Shown: positions 55,401 to 64,000 of the stretch, in pieces
How positions within the stretch are numbered: position 1 is the stretch's first letter
How the letters are laid out: each line of letters begins with the position of its first letter
Assembly: GCA_905178155.1 (NCBI GenBank)
Contig: CAJINV010000004.1
Coordinates: 814,629 to 878,628, forward strand
DNA: 64,000 bases
Reading direction: 5' to 3'
From: Amoebophrya sp. A120
Lineage: Eukaryota > Protista > Dinoflagellata
Program-made: the position numbers and the translations under genes
The notes under the pieces: generated by a model
What the model was told of the DNA's origin: nothing
The model's input: the letters and a program-made list of their open reading frames with translations, nothing else
Database searches by the model: none

Positions 55401-57467
55401 CCCTTACCCCCCCCCCCTTCGGCACCCCCCCGGAAGCATTTGACTGCTGGCGCGTCCGCATTCTCAATATCTGGCCGTAAAGGGAAGATGCGAAGATGTC
55501 TGGGCGCGTACGGAATTGGATGCCGGAGAGGGGGCGCGGCTTCCCGCGCCGGGGGGCCGCAGGCCCATGCAACTTCAACAAAATGCTGCGGCTCTATTGG
55601 AAAAAGGGGAGGGCCGGATGGCGGAACGTGACAACGAAGAGCGGCGCCAGCATCTAAATGGCCAACAGGAAAAAAAGCAGTAGCGACACCCCCAATAGCC
55701 ATAATTTTTTTGCCCCCCCAAAAAGTGCGCTTGCAAAAATGATGCTATTTGCCGATTTTTCCGCCCTAATTTGTTTCGATTTTGGTTAGAAGTTTTTTTG
55801 CATTTTATCGTAAGGAAAAATCTCCCCGCCCCATATCGAAAACGAGGCCACAGAAAATTTGCAGTGCTGATTTGTGACCACAAATCGTATTTGTCTTGCT
55901 GGAAGACAACTCCAGACAGGCTGCGCCGCATTATGCAAGCGGTTTGTGATGCTCGTGGGCCTACAGTGTGGACATTTGTAATGCTAGGCGTCTATGTCAA
56001 AACCTCGCTGCCCAGGGTTGGCATATGCCTGCAGTCCTCTACTGCAAGACCAATCTGATTTGTGTACGCAAATCCAGCATCACAAATTTTCTTTTCGATA
56101 TAGGGAGGGGGGATTGTTCCTTTTGATACATTTTGATCATCCCGTAGAAACCCAGTCGCCATCTCAATACGGCCAGGACCATCTGGAACTGTGGCGTCAG
56201 ATTCGAAGATCGTGAGGAACCTCTCCACGGCATGTTCGACGCGACCATCTACAACTCCGTTCGTTTTTGCAGTCGTCCCCCGCCCAACCAACTTCCGAAC
56301 CGCACGCGATAAATGCGTTATACTTTTACTTGTTCTTGTTTCCTCCACGAAGCTTGAGCCCACAAAACGATCAGCAGCCAGCGCACCACTCGCGCTGGTG
56401 CTATTGGCAACACCAACATGTTCAGCTATTGCGCCCTTTGTGCCTTCGTCGCCTTCGGGGTCCGCAGCGTCATCTTCTCGGCCGCCTGAAGCCAGACCGC
56501 GGTGAGAATCCTTTCCTCCACCCCTTGGCGTGGCAGGATCGTGTTCGCTGATCACGCCGGTAGCGTTGGAAGGTGTGTTTCCTGTACTATTTAGCGACTC
56601 TTCACGGGCCGCGACCAGTGGCTGTTTTCTGTCAACACCGACCCGCTCAGTCCCCGACTGGGTCGCATTTTTTGGACCATCTTCGCCCAGTTCATTGGCA
56701 GTGCGCCTCGGGTTTGCGTTGCGTTCCATATTAAAGTTAGCCCTGGCTCGTTCGTGTTCGTCCCGCTGAGACGGTTCTTCTTCTTGCTGCAAGGGTTGGC
56801 TCGCGTGGCTTACATTTGCCGAGAGAGCTGCGGGACCGTCGCTGGCAACGGGCGGACTAGAATCCGTACTTGCGTGGTGCGGCTCTTTTGCCACTAACTC
56901 GCTCTCGCTTTGCTTTTGCACCAACCTTCGTTTTTCAATTCCCTCGTCCCGCATCGTTGAATTCTTCTTGTAGTTCTTGTCGCGGCCGTTCCTGTTAGGT
57001 TCTCGCTGCTTCTTCCGTTCTTGCCGCCTCGATGACGAGGCCGCTTTCCGCTTCTTCCTACTTTTTCGCTTCTTGCGGTCCTTTTTTGCACGTCTTTTCT
57101 TCCGTTGCTTTCGATCCTTCTTCTTGTCTTCTTCCATGAACGCCATCTGCGAAATTTGTGATGGGGCATCTTCGTAGTCATAATGATAGGGACTTCTATC
57201 TTCTTCATCTCCGTGTCTGTGGTAAGCATAATCATCTGTGTCTGTCCACAGAACTTCATCAATGCGAGGTCCACGACGAACGGCGGAAGCATTGTAGGCG
57301 TACGCAAGAAAGAGCCTGCTAACTTCGCTGGAAGCAAACCAGAGTGAGATTGCGCAACGCATTAGTTGATGCATGATCTTCTGCCGCACGGGCAACAGGT
57401 GGCTTCCCGTCGCTTTATCTTTTGTTCCTGACAGCGACGAGGCCCAAGTGGCAGGAAACACGATCAT
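52462..57467 (-). CDS. Large hypothetical protein (~1,270 aa) with N-terminal hydrophobic segment and K/R-rich tract; 2 TIR-element introns
   Basis: Exons 57467-56129, 55800-55770, 54904-52462 total 3813 nt. The joins FLRDDQN|AKKLLTKIET|KEEFLSELWRKLELRARKG fuse the 491-aa and 803-aa track ORFs. No family recognised. Confidence 0.7.
54910..55769. mobile_element. 860-bp GC-rich TIR element (TTAGGG-starting termini, 5-bp TSD) in coding sequence
   Basis: Perfect 36-bp TIR ttagggcggaaaaatcggcaaatagcatcatttttg, extending imperfectly to about 60 bp. TSD tttgt at 54905-54909 and 55770-55774. Confidence 0.92.
55806..56128. mobile_element. Introner family D, 323 bp
   Basis: tatcgtaaggaaaaatctccccgccccatatc / tatcaaaaggaacaatcccccctccctatatc; TSD cattt. 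Confidence 0.88.
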
Positions 57468-59390
57468 GATGACGCCGTAAGCCGCTTCTGGTTATGCCTG
57501 GACTCGAAAGCTGTCGTGGACGAAGAAGAGCAAGAGTGGATTTCTTCCGGCTGCAAGACGCCCGTCACTCGACGAGGTCAAAGTTGCGCGACGAACGGCG
57601 TTCAAGAACGACCTGAAAAAAATACGCGTGAAAAACTTTTACCAACAGCCTGACTAATTAGTGCTCTGCCTGCATTTACAACTGCATGACTCGAGGCCAG
57701 CACCATAGGACTATGAAAATAGTAAAGTAAAAACTAAATAAAATAGCCACGCACTACATCAGAAGAGTCCCGCTCTCGCTAATATCTTCAAGATAATTAA
57801 AGATGGTGTTCCGGTGATAATATCATGCAGCATGAAGAAACAGAAACAGTGTACTTGCTTCCAATTCATCCAAGCTCGTTCCACGTATATTAAACTGGTT
57901 CCCCCGTGTCAGCAAGGTCCTGGTGTATGGTCGTGTAAGTTTAGCGCTCCTTTTTGGACTTCTTGACTCACCAAGCTCCTTGCTCCTGTAGTTGACACTT
58001 CAAATGGAGGCGATCGCCTGGTGTAACGGTCGCTGCAGCGTTGATGTGAGCTAATAGCTACAAATCGTCTTGTGTCTGTAATGCGCCAACTCCCGGTCCG
58101 TGGTTCTAGACCTAGAGTGTTCCACCTACAAAATTACCAACGACAGCTCAACGCAAGACCAGTACGCAGACTTTTGAAAATCCGACAAGGACAACAGCAC
58201 GCGATACGAAAATGGTTCTTGGAGAAATTCGAATTTTAATTTTATATAATTGGGTCAAAAACTTAAGTGTAAACGTGATTTCTTTCGTCTGTCGTGGTGG
58301 GGTGATCAAATGCAAATGCAAGCTATGAAGGTGTGTGTGCCTCAAGCTTCCGGCTGTAGTTGTGGTGGATCATGCATCTTTGTTTTTAAACCAACGGTCG
58401 TCGTTATCAATGGTAATGGCGACGTTCTTTTGCTGCTCGAAAGAGTGCCGCGGCTTGAACGAAAAATGTTGATACGGCTTCGTACGAACTACTCACGTGG
58501 CCAAGAACGACGTGGCTGGACGAACAGGAAGAACGTAGTAGCACATACTTACCGAAGACTTGTCCCACGTTTAGAACAAACGACCGAGCGGACGAGGCAG
58601 TGCAAGTGATCACTGCAGGCGCAGTGGGTTGATACAGAAATAAGCGGCCAACCAAAGTAGAGGGTCACGCATAGTACGATACCGATCTTCATCGTAAATT
58701 AGGATGAAAATTGGAGTACTAACTAACAGACACGACAACTTTGATGCGTGTCGCAAGGCCGGTAGACAATACATACAGGAGCAACGACAGCCTCACTGTC
58801 GAGTTTCTGTTAGAAGAAGAGAACCACAGTACTTTTTTTTCTACAGCATACAGAAACGGCGGAGCGTGAAAAATTTGTCAGCCTTCCAAATCGAGAAGTA
58901 GCCATGAACTGCTCGCACGTGATGCATCAGATGTCTTGTCAGATCTAGGAGTCGGGGAGGTTTGATACTAATCATAATTCATCAACAAATACTAAGCGGG
59001 TGATTAATTAATGCAATTGCTGCAATAGAAATAGAATGTGATTACCTGATAAAAAATAAAAAAGTAAAACTAAAACAGCAACAGCATCAAGAAAATGAAA
59101 ATATTTTGTGCAGGTAGTCACGCTACCCATAAAATTGTTGGAATAAGGGAATGTAATGTTTATGTTTGTTTAGTATTGTATGTTGTCCGGTGCAATTTCA
59201 ATCTTGGTCTGGACTTGGCTTGCTTAGCAGTTGGTCGACATAACAGTGTCAGTGAAAGAAAAGCAAATAGAAAAAAAAACAGAGGAGTAGTTCTTGTGAT
59301 GATATTAATGTGGAAAAACGAATGGTACTAAAAGCTTCGGGTTTGATGTCATACATTCAGCTCCAAAAACAAAAAGCGTTTTCCACTCCT

Positions 59391-62300
59391 CTACTCTCCG
59401 GACGAGTTGTCACTCTCGTCGTAGTCGATGCCACCTCCTCTACCTCCCTTGCCGCGCGCCCCGTTTCCACCTTTATTCTTGGAGGCCGCAACCGCCATAA
59501 TGCCGGCTGTGGTTAACATGTCGTCGTCATCGTCTTCCATTTCCAGATACCGGTCGCGACGGCGCCTCTTGCGCATCATCTTTTTTTTCATTTTCATAGC
59601 CGACGGGGCTTTCATCATCTTCATTTTCATCTTTTTTTTCATCGACGATTTGCTCATCTTCGCGGCCATCATTTTCTTCGAAGACGTAGAGTCGCCTTCG
59701 CCAGTACTAGACGAGGACCTGGTGCTGAAGAACCTGCGTCTTCTGGTCGTGTTCCGACTGGAAGAGTTTCCAACGCGCCGAGCCACCCGGTTTCGAACTA
59801 GCAAACCTCCCGCACGGGAAGCGGAAAGCGGCGTGACCAGGGTTTGGACCAAAACACCACGCTGCCCGCTTTGCAAGGGCCGCAGATTGGGGCGCGGCGC
59901 GGAACGCCCGACAGCTGCCATCTTTTTCATCATCATTCGTTTCCGCATCATTTTCGGGGCTGCAGCACGAGAAGACATCATTTTCATGCGCCGCGGTGAG
60001 TTCATTCGTCTTCTAGAAGCTGCAGACATTTTGGAAGTCGAAGTTGTTCTCCTCGAAGACATCATTTTGCTCGACATCATTTTCATCATTTTCCTGCGCT
60101 CGAGCTTCGCCTTCTTCGCTCGTGCGGCCGCGCGCATCTTCTGCCGTTGCTGCTCCTTCAGAAGCATTTGCTTTTGCTTCTTCAGCAACGACCTTTCCTT
60201 CTTCGCGGTCAGTGCGTGTTTCTTGCGGAGCTGTTTCTTCAACGCCGACACCTTCCGATAGGCGGTGGAAACGCGCTTCCGCAAGTTGGGTGGCAAGGTG
60301 TTTGAAGAAGAAGCTTTATTCGACACGGGCATTCTGGACAAAACTTTAACTTTCTGTCGCAGACGGTGCTTCAGCAACTTTTTCGTCCGCGCGAGCTGCT
60401 GGAGCTGCTGCCTGAACACCTTGCTGCGCTTGCGGTGCGCGGCGGTGGCTTTGTTGCTCATCTTCATCTTCATCACCATTTTTCGCGGTCGGGCAGCCAT
60501 CATTCGAAGCTTCTTCGCCATCGGGCTGGGCTCCTTCTTCATCATTTTCATTTTACCCATGTTTATCTTGCGCAACATCTTCATGGACATCATACAAGAA
60601 TTATGGCGCATTTTTGTGTATCGACCGGTCGACGGAGCTGGTGCTGCTGTTTTCATCTTCATCACGGACTTGCGCAGCATCTTCTTCATCGGCATGCTCC
60701 TGCGCATTTTCATCGTCTTCATGGAAGAAGTTGATGCAGCAGTACGGGCCTGCATCTTCTTCATCATCTTCATTCTCATCTTCATAGAAGTCGGCTTTGC
60801 CATTTTTGTTTTCCGGCCCATCGTTGTTTTCATGCTTTTCTTCATCGCCATGAAACTGCGTCCACTTTGGCTGCCCATTTTCATCGGCTTTTGCATCTTC
60901 ATCTTCATCATCTTCATCCTGGAGGATGACATCATCTTCATCGGACGGGAAGTAGACATCATCTTCATTTTGCGGGCCATTTTTCTTGGACGAGCGGTGC
61001 CTGGACGAGAGACAGCCTTTGATGCGGCGCGCATTCTCATCGCCTTTTTCATCCGCATCATCTTCCTCATCTTGCCCATCATAACGGTTTTCCTTGTAGC
61101 TGCAGAAATTCCACCGGCTTGTCCTCTCCGCCGCTGCAGAATGCGGATGCGCTGTTTGACCGCGTTGAGGCGCTCCTTTAACAATTTGTGTCGCAAAGCC
61201 ACAGCGAAGTTGACACCTTGCTGTTTGTTCCGCATCTTCATCAATTTTCCCCTGACTTGATACCGGTGCTTCTTCTTCGTCATCATCCTTTTCGCAGCGA
61301 TGCGCCGCACGAGAGCGTCCAGAGACTTCTGCTGGTTTTGCGGGAGCTTGAGTTTCATCATCTTGGTGCTTGATGATGATGTCGGCGATCGCTGCATCTT
61401 CATCGTCTGCATCCTTCTCGCAGCGATCCTCTTCACCAGTCGGTCGATGGCTGCTTTTTGGGATTTTGCCATTTTGCCCTTCTGCATCTTCTTGTGCGCT
61501 GCGATTCGGCGGACCAGCATGTCAAGCCGCTTTTGGTTTCTGATGGAAAGCTTCTGGCTTTTGCTTCCCCCGGTGGACTTTGATGTCGATGGTCTTCTTC
61601 CCTGGTTGTTGCTCTGCATCATCTTTTTCTTCGCCGCAATTCTCCGTACCAACATGTCGATTCTTTGCTGGTTCCGCACAGAGAGTTTCTTGTTTCCACG
61701 GGTACCGCCGGCCTTCTGCATCTTCTTCTGCCGCGCGATCCTGCGCACCAACATGTCAAGTCTCTTTTGGTTGTTGATGGAAAGCTTCTTTCCGGCTGGA
61801 AGTTTTTTCATTTTCCTGCTCTGTGCCGCGATCCTGCGCACCAACATGTCGAGTCGTTTTTGGTTTCTCAGCGAAATCTGTTGTGTCTTTTTCCGGCCTT
61901 TATTTTGCATCTTCTTGTTCTGTGCCGCGATCCTGCGAACCAACATGTCAAGTCTCTTTTGGTTGTTGAGGGAAAGCTTTTTTCCACCTTTCGATTGTTT
62001 CCCAGCAGCGGATTTCTTCGGCGTTTTCATCTTCGTCTGCATCATCTTCCGCTTGGCCGCGATCCTACGCACAAGCTGGTCAATGCTCGCCTTGGAAAAA
62101 TTTTGCTTCATCTTCGACATCGTTGTTCGTTTTGTTGTCCCCATTTTCGCTTCACCCTTCATCTTCGCTGCAATTCTGCGCACGAGCAGGTCGATCGAAG
62201 TGTTGCCGACACCGACCACCTTCTTGCCAGCCAGACTGCTTGATGTTCTCTTGCTGCTCAACCGGCCACGACTTTTCGTTTTCGCTGCTGCTGCCATTTT

Positions 62301-63869
62301 CTTCATTTTGCTTGCCATTTTTGTGATTTTCATCTTCATATTTTTGCCACCTGGTCGTGCTCCTCCCGCAGTTCGCTTTTTCGTGGTGAACGTTTTGCTT
62401 CGAGCAACTTTCCTCGGACCAACCTGATGGCCGCGTCCTCTGCTCCCACCACGACCACCACCAGCTCCCATCTTCTTCATTTTCGACTCAATCCGCTCGA
62501 CCAGCTGGTCGATTGTCTTTTTATCGGCCCGGGTTTTCGCCTTTTCAGCGATTTTCCGCACCAATTCGTCCAATCGCTGCTGCTCATTCGTCTTCATGTT
62601 GAGCCGGGTTTTATTCGCCTTTTCCGCGATTTTCCGCACCAATTCGTCCAATCTCTGCTGCTCATTCGTCTTCATGTTGAGGAAAACCGAGGAAGTGGTC
62701 TGCTGTCCTGTCGTGTTGTTCGACAACGAGGAAATACTGCTCCGTGGTTCTGGTAAAGGTGGGTTGATCTGCGCCATTACCACGTTGAACTTCTTGTTCC
62801 GCGCAGTTCCAGGAGAATTCTTAGATTTTGCCCGGCGCATGAGCACCGAATTCCTTTCCTTCTCCTTGTTCAGCCGTTTTATCTCTCGCACCAGCTCGTC
62901 GATCTTTTTCTTCCCGGTTTGTCCACTTTTCGCCGCCTGTTTCTCAATTCGGTTCACCAAACTGTTCAACTTTCGCATAGACGCCCGCTCCTTCAACTTC
63001 TGCAGCTCCCGGGTGGTCACCGGCTTACCGATGGCAATTCTCTGCGGCGCCTTGCTCGCAATGTTCTCATTCTCCTTGATGGTCGACTTAATTCGCTGAA
63101 ATTCCTTGGAGTGTTTCTGCTGCTCCCTCACCGCTTGCTGGATCAACTGCACCGCTTGCCACTGCATGTGCCGGTTCTTAGTCGCGATCTGCCGCACCAT
63201 TGAATTCAGACGCTGGATCTGCGAGGTGGTTGGAGATTTTTGCTTTTTCAACTGCTGATTTGTTTTCATCTTCGTGGTGGTCATTCTCGTCAGCGCTTTG
63301 CTCATCTTCGGCACCGAAGATTTCGTTCGGCGGGGAACCTTCACCTTGAAGGTCTTGTTGCGCATCACCTTCATTTTGCTCGCGGTTCTTTTCGGCGAAG
63401 AAGATTTTTTCCTTGGAACAACATCGAACTTTACCGGATCGATGCGTAGGGACACTGATTTCATGTTCACATCCCCAAGGTTCATATTAACCGCGTTAGT
63501 ACTTCTGCTTGGTTTCTTCTCTGTTTTCTTCTTCATCGCTTGCATTTTAGGCTGGGTCGTTTTCTTCTTCATCTGGACCATCTTAGTAGAAGTGGTCTTA
63601 CTTGGCTTTGGCTTGCTCGTTTTCCCCAACCTCAGCGCGCCATGCGTCGGCAAGGTCGCGATGTTTTTCTTCAACAACGCAACGCGCATCTTCGCCTGGG
63701 CAATGCGTTTCTGGATTTGGTTTAGCTGCTGGGAGTGCTTGCGCGAGTTAAATTTGGCGGTCTTCATCTTCATCACAGTTCTCGAGGATGTTGAGGTTGC
63801 CGCCATAGCCTTCGCATTCTCAACCACCGCAGCGCCGCGCCCGACGGTGGGGGCTGTTATAGTTGACAC
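59391..63869 (-). CDS. Giant Lys/Met/Arg-rich basic repeat protein (first ATG at 63806, ~1,470 aa)
   Basis: Single uninterrupted 4.5-kb ORF with about 15 copies of a helix motif (N)QKRLDMLVRRIAA, MKMK-rich tracts and a short acidic C-terminus. Confidence 0.8.
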   Translation of the reverse strand: MSTITAPTVGRGAAVVENAKAMAATSTSSRTVMKMKTAKFNSRKHSQQLNQIQKRIAQAKMRVALLKKNIATLPTHGALRLGKTSKPKPSKTTSTKMVQMKKKTTQPKMQAMKKKTEKKPSRSTNAVNMNLGDVNMKSVSLRIDPVKFDVVPRKKSSSPKRTASKMKVMRNKTFKVKVPRRTKSSVPKMSKALTRMTTTKMKTNQQLKKQKSPTTSQIQRLNSMVRQIATKNRHMQWQAVQLIQQAVREQQKHSKEFQRIKSTIKENENIASKAPQRIAIGKPVTTRELQKLKERASMRKLNSLVNRIEKQAAKSGQTGKKKIDELVREIKRLNKEKERNSVLMRRAKSKNSPGTARNKKFNVVMAQINPPLPEPRSSISSLSNNTTGQQTTSSVFLNMKTNEQQRLDELVRKIAEKANKTRLNMKTNEQQRLDELVRKIAEKAKTRADKKTIDQLVERIESKMKKMGAGGGRGGSRGRGHQVGPRKVARSKTFTTKKRTAGGARPGGKNMKMKITKMASKMKKMAAAAKTKSRGRLSSKRTSSSLAGKKVVGVGNTSIDLLVRRIAAKMKGEAKMGTTKRTTMSKMKQNFSKASIDQLVRRIAAKRKMMQTKMKTPKKSAAGKQSKGGKKLSLNNQKRLDMLVRRIAAQNKKMQNKGRKKTQQISLRNQKRLDMLVRRIAAQSRKMKKLPAGKKLSINNQKRLDMLVRRIARQKKMQKAGGTRGNKKLSVRNQQRIDMLVRRIAAKKKMMQSNNQGRRPSTSKSTGGSKSQKLSIRNQKRLDMLVRRIAAHKKMQKGKMAKSQKAAIDRLVKRIAARRMQTMKMQRSPTSSSSTKMMKLKLPQNQQKSLDALVRRIAAKRMMTKKKHRYQVRGKLMKMRNKQQGVNFAVALRHKLLKERLNAVKQRIRILQRRRGQAGGISAATRKTVMMGKMRKMMRMKKAMRMRAASKAVSRPGTARPRKMARKMKMMSTSRPMKMMSSSRMKMMKMKMQKPMKMGSQSGRSFMAMKKSMKTTMGRKTKMAKPTSMKMRMKMMKKMQARTAASTSSMKTMKMRRSMPMKKMLRKSVMKMKTAAPAPSTGRYTKMRHNSCMMSMKMLRKINMGKMKMMKKEPSPMAKKLRMMAARPRKMVMKMKMSNKATAAHRKRSKVFRQQLQQLARTKKLLKHRLRQKVKVLSRMPVSNKASSSNTLPPNLRKRVSTAYRKVSALKKQLRKKHALTAKKERSLLKKQKQMLLKEQQRQKMRAAARAKKAKLERRKMMKMMSSKMMSSRRTTSTSKMSAASRRRMNSPRRMKMMSSRAAAPKMMRKRMMMKKMAAVGRSAPRPNLRPLQSGQRGVLVQTLVTPLSASRAGGLLVRNRVARRVGNSSSRNTTRRRRFFSTRSSSSTGEGDSTSSKKMMAAKMSKSSMKKKMKMKMMKAPSAMKMKKKMMRKRRRRDRYLEMEDDDDDMLTTAGIMAVAASKNKGGNGARGKGGRGGGIDYDESDNSSGE

Positions 63870-64000
63870 GTGTAGTTATTTGCATCTGCGAAAGGATAAA
63901 AACTAACATAATCCTGCTTAGTACCACAAACGGATATGATCATGTCTTGCTCCACATGAAAGTAGGGGAAACGACAGTTAGTGCACGCCGCAAAGACATG

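Noticed and set aside
59760-59860. DVNP domain in the basic protein (GGLLVRNRVARRV)
   Set aside because: Only superficial similarity. The conserved DVNP core pattern could not be aligned by eye.
59428-63906. Plus-strand Phe/Ile-rich 'membrane protein' ORFs
   Set aside because: Antisense shadows of AAG/ATG-rich codons of the minus-strand basic protein.
1-64000. Dinoflagellate spliced-leader relics, tRNA, rRNA or telomeric arrays
   Set aside because: No CCGTAGCCATTTTGGCTCAAG match, cloverleaf or tandem TTTAGGG was found by eye. A formal covariance-model scan was not possible.

Overview
Eukaryotic nuclear DNA, most likely from a syndinian dinoflagellate parasite such as Amoebophrya (inference from all genes lying on the minus strand, long low-complexity protein insertions and pervasive non-canonical introns). 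Recognisable genes: ribosomal protein uL2/RPL8, VPS4 AAA ATPase, a TPR protein, a muscleblind-like multi-CCCH RNA-binding protein, a SWEET sugar transporter, a SOS1-like CPA1 Na+/H+ exchanger, two giant hypothetical proteins and a ~1,470-aa Lys/Met/Arg-rich basic repeat protein with a pseudogenised paralogue relic. The main signal is about 20 non-autonomous DNA-transposon-like inserts (140-1,123 bp) with terminal inverted repeats (TIRs) and target-site duplications (TSDs). Most sit inside coding sequence and lack GT-AG ends. Deleting an element plus one TSD copy restores the frame and conserved motifs, and I checked this by hand for five genes. Three sequence families occur in both orientations relative to transcription, and two large unrelated elements (5-bp and 8-10-bp TSD) behave the same way. 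This points to a structure-guided, strand-symmetric removal system coexisting with ordinary GT-AG introns. No tRNA, rRNA, CRISPR or spliced-leader sequence was found. All gene models are manual and need RNA-seq confirmation.
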